From a virus (lineage: Duplodnaviria > Caudoviricetes): a DNA stretch of 44,265 nt. Numbering within the stretch: position 1 is the stretch's first letter; each line of letters opens with the position of its first letter. The position numbers were made by a program, and so were the translations under genes. Shown here piece by piece: positions 25,419-33,964 of the stretch. The notes below the pieces were generated by a model that searched no databases, was not told the DNA's origin, and worked only from the letters and a program-made list of their open reading frames with translations. The stretch spans positions 1-44,265 of the IMG/VR virus record IMGVR_UViG_3300020044_006329. One strand, written 5' to 3'.

Positions 25419-25739
25419 ATGTCTTTTCTGAGCAAACTCAAGTCTGTATTCTCTCCGTCGAACCTGACTGTTGTTAAGGGCATCGTCGGCACCGTGTACC
25501 CTATTGTTGAACTGATTGCCACCATGACCCCAACGAAGGCTGACGATGAGATTATCTCCTGCGCCAATCTGATTGGGGTTAAGGATTTCATCCTCTCTGG
25601 ACCGGGTGAATCCGGTAAGATGCTGAAAGAGTTGGCAATCAAGGCCGCTCAAAAGAAGATGAAGAACGTGCCAGTCGAGGTCATTGCAAGGGCGGTTGAA
25701 TCCGCCTACCAGCAGATGAAGGCCAAAGACTCGCTTTAA
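25419..25739 (+). CDS. hypothetical protein (weak holin-like C-terminus)
   Basis: AAGGAG SD; TPTKADD and IARAVESAY motifs. Confidence 0.65.
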   Translation: MSFLSKLKSVFSPSNLTVVKGIVGTVYPIVELIATMTPTKADDEIISCANLIGVKDFILSGPGESGKMLKELAIKAAQKKMKNVPVEVIARAVESAYQQMKAKDSL

Positions 25740-25748
25740 GGAGTTTGT

Positions 25749-27617
25749 GTGCCGCTGATTAAGATTCAGCCCAGGCAGGGGATTGTCAGGGATCTTACCG
25801 ACTACTCAAACGAGGGTGGGTGGTACGACTCCGATAAGGTCAGGTTCCGCCTTGGGTTCCCTGAGCAGATAGGTGGCTGGATCAAGTACGTCACTACTGC
25901 GTTTCTTGGCACCTGCCGCAGTCTTCACCAGTGGTTCACTCTGGATCTCAATACATACCTTGGCATGGGTACCCATCTCAAGTTCTATGCAGAGACGGGG
26001 AATACCTTTTACGACATCACCCCTATTAGGAAGACTGTTTCACTTGGCTCTAATCCATTCACCACGGTAGACACTGGCAGTAAATACCTGCTTGTTACGG
26101 ACGCAGGCAATGGAGTTGTGTTGAACGATTTCGTCACCTTCTCTGGCGCTACTACGTTTGACACCAACTTCACAGCGGCACTGCTGAACGCAGAGTTCCA
26201 GGTGACAGAGGTTGTTAGCTCTAGCCAGTACAAGATCCTGGTTAGCGGCGCTGCGGCTGGAGCATCCGCAGGGGCTATATCTGGAGGTGGTGCCGGAATT
26301 TCTGCCGCGTACCAGATTAACGTGGGTCTGGATACACAAGTCTACGGTGGCGGATGGGGCGCTGGGCCGTGGAGCAGGGGTAGCTGGGGTTCTGGGTATA
26401 CCGTTGGCGTATCTTCTGAGCAGATCAGGCTTTGGTCCCAGGACAATTACGGTGAAGACTTGATTATGAGCGTCAGGGGTGGAGGCGTGTACTTCTGGAG
26501 TACCGCAGGGGCCAACCCTGAGAACTCTCGCGCCGTAGCTCTGTCCTCTATCTCTGGCGCTAATCAATGTCCAACGATAGCTAATAGCATTCTTGTTAGC
26601 GACATAGATAGGCATGTCATCGCCATTGGTCCTAACCCTGTATTTGAGTCAACGCAAGATCCACTGTTGATTCGATGGTCATCTCAGGAAGACTACCTGG
26701 ACTGGGAGCCTCGCACAGACAATACCGCTGGCGATTTTAGGATATCCAGCGGCTCTGAGATTATCGGGTGCCACGAGACACAGCAACAGATTGTTGTGTG
26801 GACTGATATAAGTACGCATGTGATGGCATACACTGGGCCTCCCTACACGTTCTCTGTCAATCAGGTTAGCGATTCCGCCTCAATCATATCTCCTAATGCT
26901 TCTGTTGATGCAAGGAGCGTTGTGTTCTGGATGGATGTAAATAACTTCTACCAGTACAGTGGTTCTATCCAGGTTCTCCCGTGTCCGGTTCGTGACTACA
27001 TCTTCAAGAACATTAACCTGAGCCAGCGGTACAAGGTGTTTGCCGGGGTGAACTCTCTGTACAACGAGATCTTCTGGTTCTACCCGTCAGCCTCATCTGA
27101 GGACGTTGACCGTTACGTCATCTACAACTACGACGAGCAGGTGTGGTCTGTCGGTACGATGAACAGGACTGCGTGGCTTGATTCTGGGTACAACACATAC
27201 CCACTTGCAACCAAGCGTGAAACTGATCCCAACGGCAATCAGAACACAACTGGATACTTGTTTCAGCATGAGACTGGATACGATGACGATGGCGCTGGCA
27301 TGTCGTCCTATGTGGAGACCAGTGATTTCGATATCGATGACGGTGAGCAATTCTCCTTTGTGAGCCGCGTCATTCCTGACGTGATGTTCCGTGGAAGCTC
27401 CCAGACACCTTCAATCGACATGTTTTTCAAGTATCGGAACTACCCGATGGAGTCCTTTACCAGCGGCCCCACTGTCACCGTCACCAACGGCGACACGCAA
27501 AAGGGAATCAGGATTCGCGGTAGGCAGATTGTGTTTCGAGTTTCTTCTAGCGGCACTCAGGTTGGGTGGAGGCTAGGTTCCAATAGGCTTCAAATCCAAC
27601 CGGACGGTATGAAGTGA
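25749..27617 (+). CDS. tail nozzle / DNA-stabilisation protein (P22 gp10-like position)
   Basis: Trp/Gly-rich beta-propeller-like sequence; DPLLIRWSSQED, NEIFWFYPS, RYVIYNY-EQVW, RIRGRQ, QPDG. Confidence 0.75.
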   Translation: MPLIKIQPRQGIVRDLTDYSNEGGWYDSDKVRFRLGFPEQIGGWIKYVTTAFLGTCRSLHQWFTLDLNTYLGMGTHLKFYAETGNTFYDITPIRKTVSLGSNPFTTVDTGSKYLLVTDAGNGVVLNDFVTFSGATTFDTNFTAALLNAEFQVTEVVSSSQYKILVSGAAAGASAGAISGGGAGISAAYQINVGLDTQVYGGGWGAGPWSRGSWGSGYTVGVSSEQIRLWSQDNYGEDLIMSVRGGGVYFWSTAGANPENSRAVALSSISGANQCPTIANSILVSDIDRHVIAIGPNPVFESTQDPLLIRWSSQEDYLDWEPRTDNTAGDFRISSGSEIIGCHETQQQIVVWTDISTHVMAYTGPPYTFSVNQVSDSASIISPNASVDARSVVFWMDVNNFYQYSGSIQVLPCPVRDYIFKNINLSQRYKVFAGVNSLYNEIFWFYPSASSEDVDRYVIYNYDEQVWSVGTMNRTAWLDSGYNTYPLATKRETDPNGNQNTTGYLFQHETGYDDDGAGMSSYVETSDFDIDDGEQFSFVSRVIPDVMFRGSSQTPSIDMFFKYRNYPMESFTSGPTVTVTNGDTQKGIRIRGRQIVFRVSSSGTQVGWRLGSNRLQIQPDGMK

Positions 27618-27913
27618 ACCGTAATACACCAAGACAACTCATACCTACCGCGCCTTCTGAGTATAAGAAGGACTACCTGGATCAAGTTGTTCGCTCCGTC
27701 AACCTGTTTATCGGGGACGCGCTTAACCCTGGAGATCTGGTTGGTAGTTCGCTTTTGATTGTCAACCCTGACGAATCTGGGTACGGGTTGAGGGTGAACT
27801 CTGTGTATGTCGATGCAAACGGGTTCTTGAAAATGGTTAGAGCAGGAGAGGCATACGCGCCAACCAATCAGTTCCGTGTCACACTGGGAACGGTTACGGT
27901 ATCAATCACATGA
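27614..27913 (+). CDS. hypothetical tail-module protein
   Basis: GTGA overlap; P-AP-EY motif. Confidence 0.72.
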   Translation: MNRNTPRQLIPTAPSEYKKDYLDQVVRSVNLFIGDALNPGDLVGSSLLIVNPDESGYGLRVNSVYVDANGFLKMVRAGEAYAPTNQFRVTLGTVTVSIT

Positions 27914-28980
27914 AGCATAAAGGTATCGGCGCTCTCGCAGAGCAGGTAGCGTCAAAGGGGCGCGGAGGGGACTCCACCCTCATGCACATTGACCCGAGTG
28001 AGTTGGCGGGTATCGCTGCTTTGCTCGGTCATGAAGTGACTATCAACCCAGAGACCGGGTTGCCTGAAGCGTTTTCGTGGAAGAAGTTGCTGGGTGCTAT
28101 TGGGTTGGGCGTGGCTGCTGCTATGACAGGTGGGGCTGCCGCTGGCTTACTTCCAGCGTGGCTTGGAGGCGGTACTGCCCTTGGCGGCGCTCTTCAAGCA
28201 ATAGGCGCTGTTGGTAAAGGGATTATCCCGGCTGTTCTAGCAACAACCGCAGCGTCTCAAGCGGTTGGGTCTCTCGCCCCCGACACCAATAAACAAAACC
28301 AGCAAGCTCTCAGTGACGCGCAGAAGTGGAAAGAAGAGAACGCCAAGCCTGAGTATGCTAGACAGCGCTTTATGTCCAATGCGTACGCTGGCGTAACGAA
28401 ACCTCAAGAACAGCAACCTCAACAGCAACCAACTCCACCTGCTCTTACCGGAATCGCCAGCACTCTCCGCATGAGCCCCTTGTTCCAACCTGACACCTTA
28501 AATATGGCCGAAGGCGGGGAGCTAGAGCCAGAAGAGCAGAAGGCGCAGAAAATCATCCGCGATGCGATGGATGCGATTCGTGGCGAAGGCGACGATCCCG
28601 AATCCGCTCTTAACACCTACCTTGCCTACTACGGGAAAGAGGCTCTTCAGGATCTGTATAAACGCATGTCCGGTGAAGACGAGCAAGAACGCGAAGATCA
28701 GGACAGTGATGAATACAGCCCACCTGAGGGAATGATAAAGGGTCCAGGCAACGGCATGGATGACATGGCTACTGCTCGTATGGCTCATGGTGGTCAAAAA
28801 GTTCTCCTGTCGAACGACGAGTTTATCATACCTGCTGATGTCGTATCTGGGCTTGGGGATGGAAGCAGTGAGGCTGGTGCCAGAAAACTGTACGCGATGA
28901 TGGATCGTATTCGTAAAGACAGGACAGGCACAACCAAGCAGCCTGGGAAAGTTAATGACAGCAGGGTTCTCCCTGCGTAG
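27910..28980 (+). CDS. probable internal virion/ejection protein
   Basis: GRGGDSTLMH, INPETGLPEAF, hydrophobic Gly/Ala stretch, GPGNGMDD...LSNDEFIIPADVVSGLGDGSSEAGA. Confidence 0.72.
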   Translation: MKHKGIGALAEQVASKGRGGDSTLMHIDPSELAGIAALLGHEVTINPETGLPEAFSWKKLLGAIGLGVAAAMTGGAAAGLLPAWLGGGTALGGALQAIGAVGKGIIPAVLATTAASQAVGSLAPDTNKQNQQALSDAQKWKEENAKPEYARQRFMSNAYAGVTKPQEQQPQQQPTPPALTGIASTLRMSPLFQPDTLNMAEGGELEPEEQKAQKIIRDAMDAIRGEGDDPESALNTYLAYYGKEALQDLYKRMSGEDEQEREDQDSDEYSPPEGMIKGPGNGMDDMATARMAHGGQKVLLSNDEFIIPADVVSGLGDGSSEAGARKLYAMMDRIRKDRTGTTKQPGKVNDSRVLPA

Positions 28981-28988
28981 GAGTAGAG

Positions 28989-31900
28989 ATGGCAGATCCG
29001 ATTCAGACTAACGTACAGGTACAAGACATCCCTGAGTACCTTCGGGATTACCGCTCTGCGCTGCTCAATGCTGCCTTCCAGAGTATCTTCAGCAAGCCTT
29101 ACCTGGAAGCCAATTTGCCGAGAGCCACTTGGTATTCCGCCGGATCTCCGGCTGCATCTACTGGCGCTGGCTCTACTCAGGCTGGTGGTACCACGAGGAC
29201 CGACACCCAAACGCCAGAAGAAGGCACCGCCAAGTCTGAATCGAACAAGATTGCGAATGCCCTTGCGATGGTGTCAGGTCAGATGCCCAAGCTCCTTGGT
29301 ATGGTATGGGACCCGAAGACTCGCACCTATGTGCCTGAGGCATACAAGGGCATTGCCACTAGAGCCATGGCTACGGGCGGCTCTACCAGTGATAGTGGTG
29401 TCAAACTCGAAGACATCATCGAGGCATACGAGAACCTCCGCAAGAGCATGCCTGTCGGCCTGTTGCCTGATATCTACGAAAAAGAAACCCTCACAGGAGG
29501 GGTCACCTACCCTGGTAGGACCAACCCGTTTGGTGTCAGCAGAGATCCGGCTGCTACGTCTTCGTATACAACTGGCACTGGGTTTAGCACCACGCTAGGG
29601 AGATACAATCCTGCGCCCAATATCTCTACCGGAACCCCGATTACGGTTGGCACGCGAATTCCTGGGACTGAGCCTGTGTACGGAGCGATCCCTGGGTATG
29701 GCACTGGGATTACGGGTCTGCCGACCCCCACTAACACTGGCGGATCTGGCTCCACATCTGGAACACCTGGGCGCACTGGTAGCCCTGTTGGCACTGGTAG
29801 CCCTGTTGGCACTGGTAGCCCTGTTGGCACTGGTAGCCCTGTTGGCACTGGGCATGCGGGTTCTACCGGGTCAACGGGCGCTCCTCCTATCGGAACGCCT
29901 GAGTCTTCCGTTGTTATTCCTTCTTACTCCTCTGGCTCGGCTGGCACCACCCCTGAGAACAAGGGCGCTGGCGGGTACAATCCTGATCAGTACGCTACAG
30001 ATCAGCAGGCCACTGGACTTGCGTCTCTCTTGGGTGGGAATATTGCCAGTACCAGCCCTGTTGGCCCAATTGCTCCTCCCTCGCAGAACCTGATTGACTT
30101 CGGTGGTGGCGCTCAGTTGAACGCTGGCCTTGTTGGCAGGGCGCTTGGCAATATCACTGTTGATGGCGTGTCTCGCGCTAGGAATCCTAGCGAGATGACG
30201 CAGTCTCTTCGCGGCCTTCGCGACGAGATCTCTGCTCTTGGAGGGGATACGTCTCAGATCGACAGGCTTATACAGCAAAACAATCAGGCGTATTCGTCTG
30301 GCGCTACGGTCTCTCCGGTTGGGCAACCTGCTCAAACACCTGCTTCAGTCAATCTGCCAGCACCCCGTGGCCGGGACAACTACAGCGAAAACGACTACAT
30401 CATCCAGGACAGTTCTCTCAATACTGGCGCAACAGGCTCCCAGCCCAGCAGTCAGGTGAGTGCGCCGCCTGAATACCAGTATTCGTCTGGAAGGTCTGCT
30501 GGCAGTCAGTCCAGCAGGGGTTCTGCTCCAGGTGAAAACAAGCCTAGCCTAACCGAATATGAAGGCGAACCCGTGTCTGGGAAGTCGGCCCAGGCCAGCG
30601 ATAACGAAGAAAGCCAGCCCTCTTTTGGGTACGACAGGTTCGCGCAACCTGACCTTGGTGGATTCTACGCTGCGCTCAGGAATGCGAAACCTGAACCCAG
30701 GAGCAGCAGGGATGACGAGGGATACGGCATGGCTGGTGGTGGCCTCGCCCGGTTTGAGATTGGCGATGACGGGAAGGTAAGGAACTACAGCAGGGGTGGC
30801 GCTGTCAGGAAGGCAGATGGCGGTGGGTTTGGTGGGCCTAATCTACTTGGCTTCGGCGCTACTCACACTCCAAGCGTTGGTGGCTTCGGTGGGACTGGTG
30901 GACTTGCTGGATTCTGGAATGCGGCAAACCCTAGCAATCAAGTAGGCACGCCTATATTCAACCCGCCTCCTGTTTATGGGAGTCAGCGGATACTTGGGTT
31001 CGGGGAAGACTTCGGCCAGTACACGCCGGGGACCGGCTTCACATCCAGCAGGATGACGAACCAAGCATTGTATGGCGCTGGCAGGTTGCCTAGCGTTTTC
31101 ACTGAGGTTTACGACAAAGATACTGGTGATTGGTCTACTCAACTCAGTCGCGCCGGAGATTTCGGTAAAGGCGTTGCTGGGTTGAATTACGCAACCGATA
31201 TCGCTGGTGATGTCGCTTCTTACGGGAGGGACTTGGCACAACAGATGTCAGGCCAGCAGGAACAGCCCGACAGCTACTTGATGAAGAGCATGGATAACAT
31301 CAAGAACATGGGGTTCAAGAATCCCATCACGGTGTCTCCTATCACAGCGCCAACTATCGATCAGCCTACCGGAGTGACTGCGCCACAACTACAGTCTTTC
31401 CAGCTGCAGGCACCGCAAGGAGTTGTATCTGAGAGGACTGGGGTTAGTGCATTCGGAGGACCCCAGGCTGAAGAATACATGTCTCCATATCAGGAGGCTG
31501 TGACGAGCGCACAGAAGCGTGACGCGATCCGACAAGCAGACATGCTTAAGGCTGGGCGCGGTGCCGCTGCTGTAAGGGCTGGTGCTTTTGGTGGGTCCAG
31601 GCAGGCTATCCAGGAAGGCATGGCCGAAGAATCTCTCCAGCGCCAGTTGGGAGACATTGAGGCTACAGGTAGGCAGAAGTCTTACGAGTCTGCTCAGGCT
31701 CAGTTCGAGCGAGATCGGGCTGCTTCTCTCGCCTCTCAGCAATCCAATGTACAGGCCGCTCTTCAGGCGGCACTTGCGAATCAGCAAGCGGGTCTCTCGG
31801 CGGGTAAGGAAAATCTCGGCGCTCAGTTGGGTGTCCAGAATCTTGCGGCGCAGCAGGCTCTTCAGGCTCAGTTGGCGAATCAGCAAGCTGGCCTTACGGC

Positions 31901-32468
31901 TGGTCAGGCGAATCTCCAGTCCGCTCTCGCTACTCAGCAACTCGGCACGCAGGCTGGGCTTGAGGCGGCTAAGGCTTCTCAGTCCGGTGACCTTGCTACT
32001 TGGCAGATGCAGTTGGATGCTATCAAACAGGCTTCGGCAGAGAAGGAAGCTGCTCGTCAGCGCGGCTTCTCCAACAGGCTTGCGGCGTTACAGCAGGCGC
32101 AGGCTGGCGCTGCGGGTCTGGCTGGACTGGGCGGCTCTTTGATGAGCGTCCCTGGCATGGCGCAGCAGCTTGAGCTTCAGCGTCTGGCTGCTATGCAGCA
32201 GGCTGGTGGCGCTGTTGACGCCCGTACGCAGCAGGCTCTGGACATGGCGTATCAGGACTACATTAACCAGCAGAACTTCCCGTATCAGCAGATGAACTTC
32301 TTGCAGGGGATTATGTCTGGTGTTCCTGTCGGCATGCAGGTCGAGGGTGTTCAGTTCCAGCGGCCTTCCTCTGGTGGGCTGGCTGGACTGGCTACCGCTG
32401 GGGCCGGGTTGTTTAGCAACTACCTCCAAGGGTTGAATAAGCCAGCTACTCCTCAGATCTCGACTTAG
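28989..32468 (+). CDS. large probable ejection protein (1159 aa)
   Basis: YMSPYQ, AGAFGGSRQAI, Q/A-rich ANQQAGL repeats, PYQQMNF; low-complexity N-half. Confidence 0.75.
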   Translation: MADPIQTNVQVQDIPEYLRDYRSALLNAAFQSIFSKPYLEANLPRATWYSAGSPAASTGAGSTQAGGTTRTDTQTPEEGTAKSESNKIANALAMVSGQMPKLLGMVWDPKTRTYVPEAYKGIATRAMATGGSTSDSGVKLEDIIEAYENLRKSMPVGLLPDIYEKETLTGGVTYPGRTNPFGVSRDPAATSSYTTGTGFSTTLGRYNPAPNISTGTPITVGTRIPGTEPVYGAIPGYGTGITGLPTPTNTGGSGSTSGTPGRTGSPVGTGSPVGTGSPVGTGSPVGTGHAGSTGSTGAPPIGTPESSVVIPSYSSGSAGTTPENKGAGGYNPDQYATDQQATGLASLLGGNIASTSPVGPIAPPSQNLIDFGGGAQLNAGLVGRALGNITVDGVSRARNPSEMTQSLRGLRDEISALGGDTSQIDRLIQQNNQAYSSGATVSPVGQPAQTPASVNLPAPRGRDNYSENDYIIQDSSLNTGATGSQPSSQVSAPPEYQYSSGRSAGSQSSRGSAPGENKPSLTEYEGEPVSGKSAQASDNEESQPSFGYDRFAQPDLGGFYAALRNAKPEPRSSRDDEGYGMAGGGLARFEIGDDGKVRNYSRGGAVRKADGGGFGGPNLLGFGATHTPSVGGFGGTGGLAGFWNAANPSNQVGTPIFNPPPVYGSQRILGFGEDFGQYTPGTGFTSSRMTNQALYGAGRLPSVFTEVYDKDTGDWSTQLSRAGDFGKGVAGLNYATDIAGDVASYGRDLAQQMSGQQEQPDSYLMKSMDNIKNMGFKNPITVSPITAPTIDQPTGVTAPQLQSFQLQAPQGVVSERTGVSAFGGPQAEEYMSPYQEAVTSAQKRDAIRQADMLKAGRGAAAVRAGAFGGSRQAIQEGMAEESLQRQLGDIEATGRQKSYESAQAQFERDRAASLASQQSNVQAALQAALANQQAGLSAGKENLGAQLGVQNLAAQQALQAQLANQQAGLTAGQANLQSALATQQLGTQAGLEAAKASQSGDLATWQMQLDAIKQASAEKEAARQRGFSNRLAALQQAQAGAAGLAGLGGSLMSVPGMAQQLELQRLAAMQQAGGAVDARTQQALDMAYQDYINQQNFPYQQMNFLQGIMSGVPVGMQVEGVQFQRPSSGGLAGLATAGAGLFSNYLQGLNKPATPQIST
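29773..29851 (+). repeat. perfect 18-bp tandem repeat (GCACTGGTAGCCCTGTTG, 4 copies plus 7 bp)
   Basis: Read directly; encodes TGSPVG repeats. Confidence 0.97.
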
Positions 32469-32482
32469 GCAATAGGTGAAGC

Positions 32483-33940
32483 ATGAATCTCGTTAAAGCA
32501 GCAGACGACCTTAAGAACCTCTCTGATCAGCAGCTTATGATGGCTGGTCAGAACCCTGTTGTTGTGCCGCCGTATCTTGTACTCGCGGAGATGAAGCGCC
32601 GGGAACAGTTGAGGGCTGAGTATGCCAAGTCTCAACAGCAACAGCAACAACCTACTGTGGCGCAGCAGGTAGCGCAAGGTATGGCGCAGGGACAACCGCA
32701 GCAGCCGCAGCAACCTCAACCTCAGGCGCAGGGCATTATGCAGGCCATGCCTCAGGGTGGCGCTCCAGTTCAGGCTATGGCTGGGGGTGGTCAGGTGGGT
32801 CGGTATGCGGACGGGAAAGCGCCTGTTTCTTATGGTCAAGCGATTGAGCCATTTCTCCAGCAGATGCTTGGGATGAGAACCCCAACCCCTCCTGAGGTAA
32901 AGTCTACTCTTCCAATGACGCCGGAGGACATGGCGAAGATCTACAAGATGCCAACTATCGAAGAGAAGATGGCGGCTGCTCAAGGATTGGTTGGCCCTCG
33001 CGATTACTCGCAATACGAGGATTATCTTCAACAGCAAACTCAAGAAGCCAGGGCGAGGAAGCCTAGGCTTGGAGATGCTTTGATTGCTGCTGGCGCTGCG
33101 ATGGCTGCGAATCGAGACCCTCGGGTTGGTATTGCCAATATCCTGGCCCAAGGTATCGGATCTGGAAGTGAAGCGTATCGAGCGCAGCAAGAGAGGCAGA
33201 AGAAGGATCTCCAGACTGCGATGATGGCGCAGATGGCTCTCAATAAAATGAAGCAGGAAGATCGCTCCAAGTTGGTTGACCTTGCCTCCTCTCTTGCAAG
33301 CACTGAGGCTGGACGAAACATCTCTGTTATGCAGACAGTTGAAGCCAATCGCAGGGCAGAGGAAAACCGAAAACGAGCGGAGCGCGTGGCCGCTGAAAGG
33401 GCGAACGCAGAGATCATTAAGTCTGTTATTGGCGCACGGATCGGCGCGGCTACAAAAGAAATCGATACTAAGAGGGCGATTGATCTCGCCAATATGCGTA
33501 TTTCTTCAGCAATGAACAAGCCTCTCACCCAAAAAGAAAGAGTCAAAGAAGAGGCGGCAAGCTTGTTTGAAGACGCAATCTCTCAAGCCAGGACGTACTC
33601 CTACAACACCACTGAAGAGAGGAAGAAGAAAGGTTTAGCCCCTCTTGATCCGTACGATTTGGCTATAAAAAACGTGCAGAACCAGAACTACTTTAAGGGG
33701 TATGGCAATACTGCTAGGCAGTTAGCTGGAGCCGCCTTGATAGATACTCAGCAGAAAGAAACCAGAATCAACACCGCGCTAAGGTCAATCGCCTTGCGGG
33801 AGAAGCAGGCGGATAAAGGGTCTGGTCTTGCCTCTACCTTTGGTAAAAGCGATGTCGCCGAAGTGACCCCTGAGATGCAGATGCAAATGGCTCTTCAAAG
33901 GAGCTTGGCTGCCGCTGGCGCTGCTCCTGAGCAGGATTAG
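32483..33940 (+). CDS. probable ejection protein (485 aa)
   Basis: VPPYLVLAEMKRR, PTVAQQV, MAGGG; helical Q/A-rich; between internal-protein genes. Confidence 0.7.
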   Translation: MNLVKAADDLKNLSDQQLMMAGQNPVVVPPYLVLAEMKRREQLRAEYAKSQQQQQQPTVAQQVAQGMAQGQPQQPQQPQPQAQGIMQAMPQGGAPVQAMAGGGQVGRYADGKAPVSYGQAIEPFLQQMLGMRTPTPPEVKSTLPMTPEDMAKIYKMPTIEEKMAAAQGLVGPRDYSQYEDYLQQQTQEARARKPRLGDALIAAGAAMAANRDPRVGIANILAQGIGSGSEAYRAQQERQKKDLQTAMMAQMALNKMKQEDRSKLVDLASSLASTEAGRNISVMQTVEANRRAEENRKRAERVAAERANAEIIKSVIGARIGAATKEIDTKRAIDLANMRISSAMNKPLTQKERVKEEAASLFEDAISQARTYSYNTTEERKKKGLAPLDPYDLAIKNVQNQNYFKGYGNTARQLAGAALIDTQQKETRINTALRSIALREKQADKGSGLASTFGKSDVAEVTPEMQMQMALQRSLAAAGAAPEQD

Positions 33941-33964
33941 TGATACGCTTCATTGAGGTGACCA

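Noticed and set aside
29773-29851. Possible CRISPR array
   Set aside because: Contiguous identical units with no spacers, in frame within a CDS; no cas genes
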